Positions 51,322 to 64,000 of a stretch of DNA of 64,000 nt are shown one piece after another; within the stretch, counting starts at the first letter, position 1, and the number at the start of each line of letters is the position of its first letter. The stretch covers positions 12,648,001 through 12,712,000 of the forward strand of contig CM059432.1 in NCBI GenBank assembly GCA_030390025.1, in the 5' to 3' direction. Both the position numbers and the translations under genes were made by a program. The notes under the pieces were generated by a model. The model worked only from the letters and a program-made list of their open reading frames with translations. It was not told the origin of the DNA and ran no database searches. Origin of the DNA: Squalus acanthias. Lineage: Eukaryota.

Positions 51322-51790
51322 CATAAGAACATAAGAACATAAGAAGTAAGAGCAGGAGTAGGCCATACGGCCCCTCGAGCCTGCTCCGCCATTCAATAAG
51401 ATCATGGCTGATCATTGACCTCAACTGCACTTTCCCGCCCGATCCCCATATCCCTTGATTCCCCTAGTGCCCAAAAATCTATCTATCTCAGCCTTGAATA
51501 TACTCAAAGACTCAGCATTCACAACCCTCTGGGGCAGAGAATTCCAAAGATTCACAACCCTCTGAGTGAAGAAATTCTTCCTCATCTCGGTCTTAAATGG
51601 CCAACCCCTTATCCTGAGACTATGCCCCCTAGTTCTAGACACTCCAGCCAGATGAAGCAGCCTCTCAGCATCTACCCTGTCAATCCTCTTCAGAATCTTG
51701 TAAGTTTCAATGAGATCTCATTCTTCTAAACTCCAGAGTGTATCGGCCCAATCTACACAATCTCTCATCATAGGACAGCCCTCTCACCCT
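51322..51790 (-). mobile_element. CR1 lineage A 3' end, inverted relative to the previous copy
   Basis: (cataagaa)n tail; ORF 51421-51642. Confidence 0.9.
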
Positions 51791-52139
51791 GGCCATGCAA
51801 TTAAGCAGTTGCCTTTTGAAATATTATTTATTGCAGCCCAAGCATTGTGATGTCCACATGCCATGGACAAGTGGCTTTATTTTGGGTCTCTAGTTCGATC
51901 TGAATACATTTTAATGAACCCTTTCACAAAAATATGCAGCTCATGTTCACAGAAGTGTTGCTCGTTTCAGTTTGGTAAGCCGTTTTGTTTCAGTTCTGTC
52001 CCATGCAAAAAAAGTTAGATATGTTAACAAACGTCAAGTGGCACCTTTCTGATTGTTATTTCATTTGTGTTAATGCACCTGATATTCCACTGGGTCAGTA
52101 AATGTACCATTTAATGGTTTATTTACATTAATAAATGCG

Positions 52140-52908
52140 CTAAATTCTCATCTTGGTTTACAAATCATTCCATGCCTCACCCTGCCCTGCCTCTGCAACC
52201 TAACCTCCTCCAGTCCTATCCCAGGCCATGTCCTTTGGTCTTTCTATTTTCGACTCCCGAATATTGACCCCTGTCTCCACTCCACCATTGCTGGCAGAAC
52301 CATGAGCCATTGCACAACCTCTTTGCTTGAGTCTCATCGCCTTGGTACATCTTCCCCAACCTCTTCCCACCCCCATATTCAAAAACCTCTTCAAAACCTG
52401 TCACTTTGACCATTCTTTGGTCATCACCCTAGAGTCTTCGACATTGCTCAGCATCTTAGAATCATGGAAGATTCATAGAATGGTTACCGCACAGAAGGAG
52501 GCCATTCGGCCCGTCAAGCCCGTGCCGGCTCTCTGCAAGAAGCACTTCAGCTAGTCCCACTCCCCCGCCCTTTCCCAGTAGCCCTGCAAATATTTTTCCT
52601 TCAGGTACTTATCCCATTCCTTTTTGAAAGCCACGATTGAATCTGCCTCCACCACCCTCTCAGGCGGTGCATTCCAGATCCGAACCACTCGCTGCGTAAA
52701 AAAGTTTTTCCTCATGTCGCCTTTGGTTCTTCTGCCAATCACCTTAAATCTGTGTCCACTGGTACTCGACCCTTCCGCCAATGGGAACAGTTTCTCTCTC
52801 TCTACTCTGTCTAGACCCCTCGTGATTTTGATCTACTGCTGCTTTTTGAATCACTTTGGGATATTTGCTATGTTAAAAAATGCTATATAAATGCAAGTAG
52901 TTATTGTA
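52140..52908 (+). mobile_element. Old L2 3' fragment interrupted by a minus-strand CR1 3' end (about 52455-52830)
   Basis: Decayed L2 motifs and tgctatataaatgcaagt tail; CR1 ORF 52551-52781. Confidence 0.7.
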
Positions 52909-54169
52909 TAACGTGCAATAAAAAAAAAAGAACTTGTATTTATATAGCACCTTTCATGATCTCAGGATGTCCCAAAGCGCGTTACAGCCAATGAAGTACT
53001 TTTGAAGTGTAGTCACTGTTGTGATGTAGTGAAACCATTTGGATGGTTAGTTAATGCACCTAATTTCAGTCACATTTACCACACAAAAAGTTTTTCCAGA
53101 GGATAATCCTGCTGTACATGCTTTTATTTGATTTATGAAGAGATTTGAGGAATAGGAAACACGAAAAAGTTTAGGAAGGAGTATCTAGCCCAACTGGCTA
53201 GACTCTTATTGATTGATCTCAAACCCGAGCTTCCTGCCTTCTCACCATGTCCTATCCCCTATCTCTCTCTATATAAAATGCAGTCCCATAACATTGTTCA
53301 GCAGCAGGATCTATTTTATTAGCAATGTTAAAAGTCGTAAATTTTTTGACAAAAATTAAAGGTTGCCGAACAGATTCGCTGTTTGGAGAAGTGCCACAGG
53401 CATGGGATTCTTCGCTCAATGAATCACAGGAGAATGCCTTTTTTGCCTCAATAGTTAAAGCCCCTGCTAAGGAGGTTGTGAAAACAAGCAGATTTGAAAT
53501 ATGCCATTTCTGAGAAGCCGATTCCATTAGTGGTGCATTAATTTTGAAGAAAAACAGATATTCTCCCTTTTTTGTGTTAGAAGAGGAATTTCAACCTCCT
53601 CCCATATCCTGGCAAGGCTGGGGAGATTATCTCAAGTCAGTATGATAGATTTTTCTTTTCAAAAGATCTTTAACTAAAGATTGCTCGAGAACGCACTGGA
53701 ATAAAAGTACTAAAATTTTAATTATGGCATTTAATTCTTTTAATATCAATTTTGCAGTAATACAATGCTCCCCGGCCAGTTTAGCTTGAACTCCCCAGAA
53801 TTTGGTTTCATGTTTCTGTTTATATATTTTTTAAATTCCACACTAGCTCTTAACGGGTCCGTCTACACTTAAGTTAGTTAGTTGTTCCTCACAAGTGGTC
53901 ACACTCCCAACAGCTGTAAGGCATCCTAAGTGAAATGAGTGTGGGCTGTCTCGGTCTAATGCGGAGCTGGCACAAGCCTGCAGCACAAAGTGGAATGAAA
54001 AGCAAAATGGAAACACAGTAAAATTTGTCTGAGATCCAGCTGGAATCCAAAGACGAAATGTTTCAACAATTTGATGACTGCTGAAGGGACAGTGATATTG
54101 CTGAAAATGTCTTGCAATATTTCTGTCCAAAGACACGATCCAGAATCCCCTTGTCTAACTGTATCATCA

Positions 54170-54576
54170 TACGAACATACCAATTAGGAGCAGGAGTAGA
54201 CCACTCGGCCCCTCGAGCCTGCTCCGCCATTCAATAAGATCATGGCTGATCTGATTACTCCACATTCCCGCCTACCCCCGATAACTTTTCACCCCCTTGC
54301 TTACCAAGAATCTATCTACCTCTGCCTTAAAAATATTCAAAGACTCTGCTTCCACTGCCCTCTGAGGAAGAGAGTTCCAAAGACTCACAACCCTCTGTGA
54401 GAAAAAAATTCTCCTCATCTCTGTCTTAACTGGGCGACCCCTTATTTTTAAACAGTGACCCCTAGTTCTAGATTCTCCCACAAGAGGAAACATCCTCTCC
54501 ACATCCACCCTGTCCAGACCCCTCAGGATCTTATATGTTTCAATCAAGTCACCTCTTATTCTTCTAAACTCCAGCG
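54170..54576 (-). mobile_element. CR1 lineage A 3' end
   Basis: ORF 54272-54625 LEFRRIRGDLIETYKIL..SRTRGH; (catacgaa) tail. Confidence 0.9.
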
Positions 54577-55077
54577 GTTGCCACACTGAAACACCAAGGG
54601 ATGTCATTTTGACTTTGGCCGACATTTTAAAATATGCGTTATCGGCTCCACCACCCGTTAAACACCTCTCCTGAATTTTGTTTCCAATGAAGTCAATGGA
54701 AATAAAAATCGGAAGAGGTGTTTAATGGGTGGCTGAGCTGACTGATAGGGCATGTTTTACACTTGCGTCTCAAATCCAAATTACCCCCTAGTCACACCGA
54801 AGAAATACGGCTGTTGCCAAAGCACCGTCTACCAGTGTTGTTTTGCATATTTTTGCCTCAGTGACCAGCACGGCAAATTTTCTGAGTGTGGTAAAGCTGG
54901 CTGTTTTGTGATCATCCACTCGGAGATCGACCAAGCATGATGTCTCTACTTCTTGACGAGGTGCTAAGGAAAGAATTTGCACTTATACAGCATCTTATCA
55001 TGTCCCAACTTAAAGCACTTTCACAGCCAAAGGATCACTCTTGAGGTGCAGTCACTGTTACATCCCCATAAAGAGCA

Positions 55078-56882
55078 AATAGAAACATAGAAACATAGAA
55101 ACATAGAAAATAGGTACAGGAGTAGACCATTCGGTCCTTCGAGCCTGCACCGCCATTCAATGCGTTCATGGCTGAACATGCTACCTCAGTACCCCATTCC
55201 TGCTTTCTCGCCATACCCCTTGATCCCCTTAGTTGTGAGTGTTATATCTAACTCCCTTTTGAATATATTTAGCGAACTGGCCTCAACAACCTTCTGTGGA
55301 AGAGAATTCCATAGATTCACCACTCTCTGGGTGAAGAAGTTCCTCCTCAGCTCAGTCCTAAATGGCTTCCCCTTAATCCTTAGACTGTGACCCCTGGTTC
55401 TAGTTTTCCCTACCATTGGGAACATTCTGCCCGCATCTAATTTGTCTAAACCAGTCAGGATTTTAAATGTCTCTATAAGATTCCCCCTCATTCTTCTGAA
55501 CTCCAGAGGATACAAGTTCAGTTGACCCAATCTTTCTTGATATGTCAGTCCGGCCATCCCAGGAATCAATCTAGTGAACCTTCGCTGCACTCCCTCAATA
55601 GCAAGAATGTCCTTCCTTAAGTTAGGAGACCAAAACTGCGCACAATACTCCAGGTGTGGCCTCACCAAGGCCCTGTACAACTGCAGCATCACCTCCCTAC
55701 TCCTGTACTCAAATCCCCTTACTATGAAGGCCATCATTCCGTTTGCTTTCTTGACTGCCTGCTGCACTTGCATTCCCACCTTCAGTGACTGATGTACCAT
55801 GATGCCCAGGTCTCGTTGCACCTCCCCTTTCCCTAATCTGCCACCATTCAGGTAATATTCCGCCTCTCTATTTTTACCACCAAAGTGGATAACCTCACAT
55901 TTATCCACATTGTACTTCATCTGCCATACATTTGCCCATTCACCCAACCTGTCCAAGTCACTCTGTAGCCTCCTAGCATCCTCCTCATTGTTCACACTGC
56001 CTCCCAATTTAGTGTCATCCGCAAATTTGGAGATATTACATTTAATCCCTTCGTCCAAATCATTAATATATAATGTAAACAGCTGGGGTCCCAGCACCGA
56101 ACCCTGCGGTACCCCGCTGGTCACTGCCTGCCATTCTGAAAAGTACCCATTTACTCCTACTCTTTGTTTCCTGTGTGCCAACCAGTTCTCAATCCACGTC
56201 AACACATTACCCCCAATCCCATGTGCTTTAACTTTGCTCACCAATCTCTTGTGTGGGACCTTGTCGAAGGCCTTCTGAAAGTCCAAATACACCACATCTA
56301 CTGGTTCCCCCCCTGTCCACCCTATTGGAAACATCCTCAAAAAATTCCAGAAGATTTGTCAAGCATGATTTCCCTTTCACAAATCCATGCTGACTTGGAC
56401 CTATCATGTCGCCACTTTCCAAATGGTCTGTTATGACATCTTTAATAATTGCTTCCATCATTTTACCCACGACCGATGTCAGGCTGACCGGTCTATAATT
56501 CCCTGCTTTCTCCCTCCCTCCTTTTTTAAAAAGAGGGGTTACATTGGCCACCCTCCACTCCATCGGAACTGATCCAGAGTCTAAGGAATGTTGGAAAATG
56601 ATCGTCAATGCATCCACTATTTCCAAGGCCACCTCCTTAAATACTCTGGGATGCAGACCATCAGGCCCCGGGGATTTTTCAGCCTTCAGTCCCATCAATT
56701 TCACCAATACCTTTTCCCGACTAATAAGGATTTCCCTCAGCTCCTCCCTCTTACCAGATCCTCTGACCCCTTTTATTTCCGGCAGGTTGTGTGTGTCCTC
56801 CACAGTAAACACCGAACCAAAGTACTTGTTCAATTGATCTGCCATTTCCTTGTTCCCCATTACGACTTCCCCTGTTTCCGAC
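55078..56882 (-). mobile_element. CR1 lineage A, 1.8 kb, near-complete RT domain with a frameshift/deletion near 56310
   Basis: ORFs 56228-56956 (KSPGPDGLHPR, NYRPVSLTS) and 55186-56340 (YLDFQKAFDKVPH, GVPQGSVLGP, KFADD); (tagaaaca)n tail. Confidence 0.95.
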
Positions 56883-56977
56883 TGACCAGGCAGATGTTGG
56901 TTAAGAGAAAATTCGGGCACTGGGAACACTCCATGCTTTTCTTCAAATAGTGCCATTGAGTCTTTTATAGAGTCATA

Positions 56978-57822
56978 GGGGGCGATTTTGCCAATGGGGG
57001 CTCATTGGAGGCGGGACTGCTGCTTGTCGGGTCTTAGTTCCACCTCCATCGACTTGTGGCCAACCCACGTTATTTTCCCTTGATTGACCTTGTTAAACCC
57101 GCCCAGCGGGCTGGGCAGGCCAATTAAGGGGAAGCCAGTTACAGGGAACGTCAGCGTATGACGTTTCATCTGTCAAAAATTATTGACAGATGTATTGTAA
57201 TTGTTTGACAGCTCTGTGAAGCTGTCAAACACTGACATTCTCTGTTGTTTGATGAGTCCTTGTAGTCAAGACTCATCAAACCTCTTTTGTGAGCAGAAAT
57301 TAGATGTTTGTTGCATCGGAGAATGCAGCGGCCATCTGTCATCTCTGCCGGTGAGATGCGGGAGTCTCCGCATCCCCAACTGTTGAAGTCTGCAGGAAGA
57401 AACAAAGGTAAGTAAACATTTTCTATCACTTTCCACTCACCTCACATACTTACCTCTCCACACTTGCACCCATCACTCACCTTCACAGCGCACTTTTGCA
57501 CCCCGCAGACCCCCGCAGACCCACTGCTTGCCTCGGTGACCCGGCGGGGTTTCCCGACGTCGGGAAGCCCACGCCTCTGTTGGAAAAATTGGGGATAATC
57601 CTCTTAACTGCCTGTTAACTATCTGTTAACAGGCAGTTAAGTGGCTATAATCCCCTTCCCGCCTCCAGGAGATGGGACCCGGCGCGGGTCGGCTAACCAC
57701 CTCCTGGGAAGATGGCACGGAGGCCAGTTGGGGGCGGGATGGGTATCCACTCCCAGATTCTGCCATTTTCCCGACAATCCCGCCTCCAAACCCGCCTCCC
57801 CAGGACTGGCAAGATCGTGCCT
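56978..57822 (-). mobile_element. Second full copy of the 2120-2895 MITE family
   Basis: TIRs GGGGGCGATTTTGCCA / TGGCAAGATCGTGCCT; exact ATA TSD within a CR1 tail; reverse-complement similarity to 2120-2895 along its length. Confidence 0.88.
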
Positions 57823-57982
57823 ATAGAGTCATAACGGCACAGAAGGAGACCATTCGGCCCATCGAGTCCATGCCGGCTCTCTGTAGAGCAATCCAGTCAG
57901 TACCATCTCCCCGCTCTATCCCTGTAGCCCTGCAAGTTTATTTCCCTCAAGTGCCTATCCAATCTCCCCTTGAAAACATTGT

Positions 57983-58707
57983 GGGCTGGATTTTCAATGA
58001 CCTGTGGAGTCAGGTTTGGAGGCGTGTGGGGGTTTTTAGCTAGTTTAACCCTTTTCTGACGTGAAGTACGCCTGATGTGAAACACTCCAGTGAAACCTGG
58101 CGGGAGCACAAGTGGATAGCTGGCTGCAGATCCACTATTACAACGGAGATGTGATGAAGGTAGTAGAATTATGTCTGAAAGTCGCCTCTGCTGCTGCATT
58201 GTCTTCAGAGACTGCCTGGCCTTGCTGTGAGTGACTGACTGACTGACTAGTCTGACTAGACTGACTGACTAGTCTGACTAGACTGACTAGTCTGACTTGA
58301 CTGACTCACTCACTGACTCACTCACTCACTGACTGACTCACTGACTGACTCGCTCACTGACTGACTCGCTCACTGACTGACTGGCTCACTGACTGACTCA
58401 CTGACTGACTGACTCACTCACTGACTCACTGATTCACACACTCTCTCTCTCTCTTCATTTTGCATCCAGGTCCACTCACAGCAAAAGCCAGGCAATCTCT
58501 GAGACCAGGCAGCCTGCAATGATAACATCATCAGAGGCGACTTTCCCACTGAAACCACTAATTGGTTCATGTGTTCCCACATGCTGGAACTCAATTGCCC
58601 AATTAAGTGAAAATTGCATCCTTCATCCACATTAATCTGGAGTCGGGGGGAGAACACGAAATGCGGGTAACACGACCCCAACCCGACCCCAAGACAAAAT
58701 CCAGCCC
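57983..58707. mobile_element. Harbinger-type MITE with an internal microsatellite
   Basis: Perfect 12-bp TIR GGGCTGGATTTT / AAAATCCAGCCC; flanks tgt/tga; host CR1 rejoins across it. Confidence 0.82.
58228..58455. repeat. Compound (GACT)n/(CACT)n microsatellite followed by (CT)n
   Basis: Directly visible. Confidence 0.95.
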
Positions 58708-60204
58708 TGAGTGTCTCCGCTTCCACCACTTCCGTCGGCAGCGAGTTCCAGGTCTTCACCAATGTATCTCTTGCCCAAAACCTTAATTCTGTGTCCCCTA
58801 GTCCTTGTACCATCAACTAGTGGGAACAGCCTTTCCCCGTCTAGCCTATCCAAACCCGTCATAATCTTGTACACCTCTATCAAATCACCCCTCAACCTCC
58901 TTTGCTCTAATGAAAACAAATCCAGCTTCTCCAACCTGTCATTGTAGCTAAGATCCCCCATCCCCAGAACCATTCTGGTAAATCTCCTCTGCACCCTGTC
59001 AAGGGCCTTCACATCCTTCCTAAAGTGTGGTGACCAGAACTGGACGCAATACTCCAGTTGTGGCCTAACCAGCGCTTTATAAAGGTTCAGCATAGCTTCT
59101 CTACACGTTAGTATACAGATGATGCTTTGCTTTGATATCTTATCCAAACAACAGCACCTTCCAAAGAATGCAGCACTCCTCTGCACTACACCAAAGTGTT
59201 AGCGCTAAATTATATACTCACATCTACAATGGGAGTTGAACCCACAGAACTTCTAAGACTTAAAGGTGAGAGTGCTACCAACAGAGCCAAGCCAACACTG
59301 AGCAAACTGCAGTGACCTGGGGCTGTTGCTGTCTAGAGTCAATGGACACAAGCCAAAGCACAGAACTACTTTTAGATTTGTCACAATAGTCAACAGTTTA
59401 GAAAGGGGGGAAAAAATGCTCGTCAAATATGATGTAATGTTTTTGCATCACTAATCCCCAGGTAGCATTGTATCTCTCGTCACTTTCTCTGTACTACATT
59501 GTTACTGCAGGAAGTTCGATGTTTCTTCACAGTTTAAGTTGTTAGCTTTGCTTTAAATTGCACTGTTGAGTGATGAATTCATCTATTTTCTGTGTGATTT
59601 TCAATTGCTCAGTGTGCTACTGTATTTATTTGTAAACGGCACTGAACATCTGTGCATATTGCAAGTGTACGGTTGTGGTCTGTATTTAACGTTTGGCACA
59701 GCTTAGTGAATTCATGAAGTCTGTTTAGTGATTTCAATGCATTCAAATACCTTGTTCGAAAATAAATAACTCCTTGCTGAGGAGTTGAAAAGTGGACTGG
59801 GTATGACATAAAACAGATCTGTTTTGTTTTTCTGAGGTGTTGAAGCCACAGGTTTTACCAAGAGAATTTTAAACTCTTAGCCCTCGAATGTTTTCTGCCA
59901 GACTCTTTTACCTCCCACCTGAACAGCTAAGCCTGAACTGATCTATCTAAGAAATAAGGAGCACTGGCACATACCCAATTAACAATTTACATACCTCAAG
60001 CCAGTTAAAAAAAACGTACCAATTTACTTCCTGAGTTTATGGAGATTGTTTTCAGGTGCATTTCTTGCACGTAAACCACAATTTACTCCTTAGGTTACAC
60101 CCAGGACGAACACCCTAATGTTGTTCAGTGGCTGCTTTTAAAACGTACCCTAACCTTTAAAACCAGCTGGGCATACATTCGGAAAAGAATCTGCAAATTT
60201 TGAT

Positions 60205-61790
60205 CCTTGTCATGTTTGCCTAATTTAGTTGCATTTTTTGAGGAGGTCACAAACATGGTGGATAAGGGAGTGTCAATGGATGTTATCTACCTGGACTTCC
60301 AGAAGGGGTATGATAAGGTTCCGCATAAGAGATTATTGGCAAAGGTGATGGCGCTCAGAATTGCGAAATGGGTTGGAAATTGGTTGGGAAGTAGAAGGCA
60401 GAGAGTAGGGATAAAGGGAATGTACTCTGATTGGCAAGTGGTGTTCCCCAGCTATCTGTACTGGGGCCTCAGCTTTTCATCATATTTATCAATGACTTGG
60501 ATGAAGGAATGGAGAGTTGTATATCCAAGTTTGCAGATGATACTATGATAGGAGGCACAGTAAGTAGTGCAGATGGGAGCAGGAAGTTAGAAAGGGTCAT
60601 TGACAGATTCAGTGAGTGGGCAAACTGTGGCAAATGGAGTTCAATGTGGGAAGTGTGAGGTCATCCACTTTGGATTCAAGAAAGACAAATCAGACTATTT
60701 TTTAAACGGTGAGAAACTAGGGACTGTGGAGGAGCAGTACACAAATCACTAAAAACTACAGACAGGTCAATCAAAAAGGCCCATGGAAGGCTGGCCTTTA
60801 TCTCATGGGGACTGGAATACAAAGGGAGGAAGTGATGCTTCAGTTGTACAAAGCTTTGGTCAGACCCCATCTGGAGGACTACATTCAGTTTTAGGCACCA
60901 AACCTCAGGATGGATATACAGGAAACTTTTGTTTATCCGGCACCCAAATATCCGGAATTCTCGCTTAACCGGCAAAAATCATCCTCCGAAAACTCCTCTC
61001 AAATAACCGGCAATGTTGCCGAGTCGCAGTCGAGTCTCCGCGAACGCCGAGTACTCCGAAAACTCCTCTCAAATAACCGGCAATGTTGCCGATCCTGAGT
61101 CCGAGTCCGAGTCCGCGAACGCCGATTTAGTCAGCAGGGGTAGTTTTCAAAAGTACCCAAATACTGTATACTGCACATTTCTTGATTTATTTATTTTTCT
61201 TTGTTAAAAATAGCCTCGGTAGATATAACTCTCCGTTATCCGGTACTTTCGATAAACCGGCACCACGCCGGTCCCGTCGGTGCCGGTTAATAAAGAGTTT
61301 TCTGTATTGGCCTTGGAGAGGGTGCAGCACAAAATACCGGGGCTTCAAGGGTTAAATAATGAGGATAGTTTGCATAAACTTGGTTTGTATTCCCTTGATT
61401 ATAGAAGATTGAGGGATGATGTAATCGAGGTGTTTAAGAGGATGAAAGGATTTGATAGGGTAGGTACAGAAAAACTATTTCCTCTGGTGGGGGAATCCAG
61501 AACAAGAGGGTATAATCTAAAAATTTGAGCAAGGCCATTCAGGAGTTAAATCAGGAAACACTTCTTCACACAAAGGGTAGTAGAAGTCTGGAACTTTCTT
61601 CCCGCAGAAGGCTGTGAATGCTGGATCAATTGAAGCTTTCAGACTAAGATCAATAGACTTTTGTTGGGTAAGGGTATCAAGGGCTATGGAGCAAGGGTGG
61701 ATAAAAGGGGCTTAAGGTACAGATCAGCCATGATCTAATTAAATGACGGAACAGGTTCAAGGGGCTGAATGGTATACTCCTGTGCCCATG
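60205..61790 (+). mobile_element. Degenerate CR1 lineage A fragment, split by a Tc1/mariner-type MITE
   Basis: SCLPNLVAFFEEV..YLDFQKGYDKVPH, KFADD; 3' UTR. Confidence 0.9.
60919..61304. mobile_element. Tc1/mariner superfamily (pogo/Tigger-like) MITE
   Basis: TA TSD; 26-bp imperfect TIR CAGGAAACTTTTGTTTATCCGGCACC / GGTGCCGGTTAATAAAGAGTTTTCTG; host ggata|ta|ttggccttggag rejoins. Confidence 0.85.
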
Positions 61791-61894
61791 ATTGTCCTTT
61801 GATCATTTAATGGATTTTTTACTGGCGTACAATATTTAGTTATTTTCGTTGCTGTTTTTGCCATGTTTAACTGTGTATAGCACATCACTCTGAA

Positions 61895-63290
61895 TTTTTT
61901 TTTATTCGTTCCTGGGATGTGGGCATCGTTGGCAAGGCCAGCATTTATTGCCCATCCCTAATGAAGAGGTTAAAAGTTAGATTAGCGGCTTAACTGACTA
62001 GCTGGCTGATATAATAAAGGAGAAGTCTGGCAGAACAAAGACAGTTGGAAAAAGCATATTATATGATGATTGGGGGAGTAAAATAAGGCAAGTAGGCCAT
62101 ACATTGAACAATAGGCCGCCAAGATGTGATTTGCGAAGATGTGGTTAAGCGTACGTAAATTGGATAGCACAATGGCAGATGTGGAAATAGGGCAAATGAG
62201 ATAAACAAGATGTGTTTTGTGGAGATGTGATTAAGTGTATGTGACTTGGACAATTAATTGGCCAAGTCCCGAAGATGTGAAGGAAACAAGATGTAAGATT
62301 GTATAAAAGCCAACTGCTCGAATGTAAAAATTAGACTCCCGTCTCAGCTCAGACTGAGAGGGCCTCTCCCTGCACGTGCTTGAATAAAGATCGCTTGGAA
62401 CCAGTACACGCTCGACTCCATCTGCTTTGGGGCAGAGAGAAATCCCACAACACTAATTACCCTTGGGAAGGTAGTGGTCTGTCGAACAAGCTTTGGCGAG
62501 TTGCTGCAGTGCATCTTGTAGATGGTACACACTGCAGCCACGGTGTGCTGGTGGTGGAGGGAGTGAATGTTTGAAGTGATGGACGGGGTGCCAATCAAGC
62601 GGGCTGCTTTGTCCTGGATAGTGTCGAGCTTCTTGAGTATTGTTGGAGCTGCACTCATCCAGGCAAGTGGAGATTATTCCATCACACTCCTGACTTGTGC
62701 CTTTTATAGATGGTGGAAAGGCTTTGGGGAGTCAGGAGGTGAGTCACTCGCTGCAGAATACTCAGCCTCTGACCTGCTCTTGTAGCCACAATATTTATGT
62801 GGCTGGTCCAGTTAAGTTTCTGGTCAATGGTGACTGCAGGATGTTGATGTTGGGGGCTTCGACGATGGTTATACCGTTGAATGTCAAAGGGCGGTGGTTA
62901 GACGCTCGCTTGTTGGAGATAGTCATTGCCTGGCACTTGTGTGGTGCGAATGTTACTTGCCACTTATCAGCCCAATCCTGAATGTCGTCCAGGTCTTGTT
63001 GCATGCGGGCATAGACTGCTTCATTATCTGAGGAGTTGCAAATGGAACTGAACACTGTGCAGTCATCAGCAAACATCTCCACTTCTGACCTTATGATGGA
63101 GGGAAGGTCTTTGATGAAGCAGCTGAAGATGGTTGGGCCTAGGATACTGCCCTAGGAACTCCTGCAGTGATGTCCTGGGGCTGAGATGATTGGCCTCCAA
63201 CAACCACAACCATCCTCCTTTGTGTTAGGTATGACTCCAGCCAGTGGAAAGTTTTCCCCCTGATTCCCATTGACTTCAATTTTACTTCAA
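61895..63290 (-). mobile_element. CR1-type lineage B fragment with a solo LTR in its 3' UTR
   Basis: ORFs 62795-63082 (MFADDCT) and 62344-62658. Confidence 0.9.
61962..62452 (+). mobile_element. Solo LTR of 491 bp (ERV-like)
   Basis: Termini TGAAGAGG...CAACA, 4-bp TSD CTAA, TATAAAA at about 62302, AATAAA at 62383. Confidence 0.88.
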
Positions 63291-63864
63291 TTGTGGGCAT
63301 TTAATAAGCTATAATCATTGCTACCCACAGTTTTGGGTTTATTGTTTATGGTGAGCCAGTTTTTTTCTCACTCTGAATTAGTGCTAAGATACAGATCTAG
63401 TGTTATGAAATGCTTGCCCTTAATGATACAGGGGGGTCCTGATAAATTCCTGGCACTGTCCTTCAGTATTGGTTTGAGAAGGAGTGCAGGCATTTTGGTT
63501 TTTCTTGTCTTTCTTCAGTGACAATAGAGTTCCAATGACAGTTATTGAGTCTCTCAGGATGACAACATGCCTGTTCCCCTGCCATCCCCTGAACCAATGC
63601 CCACCATGGTGCCAGGAAGCCATCTTGGCCAGTCTGCCCAAGATGCTGCAGTCTGCAGCCAAGCCCCCTGAGCCCAAGCTTCTGGAGGTCAGCCAGGTGG
63701 CACGTACTTGAATGATGATCAGTGGGCTGGAAGTCCTTTATTGGAGGATAGATGGACTGGTTCAAATGATCTAGGAAGGAAACAGGTGGGCATGGTAGGG
63801 GGAAGGAGTCATTTAGGAGAAGCGATGGTAAGCGAATTATTGGCATACAGCTCTGGCTACAGGT

Positions 63865-64000
63865 TTTTTTTATTCATTCATGAGATGTGGGCGTCGCTGG
63901 CAAGGCCAGCATTTATTGCCCATCCCTAATTGCCCTTGGGAAGGTGGTGGTGAGCCGCCTTCTTGAACCGCTGCAGTCCGTGCGGTGAAGGTACTCCCGC
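63865..64000 (-). mobile_element. CR1-type lineage B 3' end, running off the window
   Basis: Characteristic tail sequence. Confidence 0.88.

Larger units (their letters stand above)
57823..59103 (-). mobile_element. CR1 lineage A fragment split by a MITE (57983-58707)
   Basis: ORF 58632-59186 MLNLYKALVRPQLEYCVQFWSP; 3' UTR at 57823-57980. Confidence 0.9.

Noticed and set aside
53252..53527. 91-aa minus-strand ORF in unique DNA
   Set aside because: Length is compatible with chance; no recognisable domain or convincing splice donor.
58228..58440. Repeat array as CRISPR-like
   Set aside because: Tetranucleotide microsatellite without spacers, in a eukaryotic context.
63430..63860. GC-richer segment that may be a Harbinger Myb-gene C-terminal remnant
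   Set aside because: Only compositional resemblance; no diagnostic motif or matching TIRs.

Overview
Repeat-dense, non-coding vertebrate DNA, most likely intronic or intergenic sequence from a cartilaginous fish (shark). The taxon is inferred from abundant SacSINE1/DeuSINE-like SINEs, two CR1-type LINE lineages and Penelope-like elements. No host gene exon, structural RNA gene or CRISPR array could be supported. All long ORFs that I could recognise are fragments of degraded transposable elements: CR1 (two lineages), L2, one Vingi/Ingi-like LINE, Penelope-like elements (PLEs; RT plus GIY-YIG), PIF/Harbinger transposase and Myb/SANT remnants. Many MITEs and two solo LTRs are also present, often nested several levels deep. 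The best candidates for follow-up are: (i) a young TSD-flanked non-autonomous PLE with two identical minimal hammerhead ribozymes 368 nt apart (retrozyme-like); (ii) a TSD-flanked fold-back element with hammerhead cores on both strands; (iii) a 1286-bp solo LTR with a foamy-virus-like layout; (iv) a MITE family with a conserved cluster of consensus splice donors. Family assignments come from motif recognition by eye, without database searches, and boundaries of old repeats are approximate.
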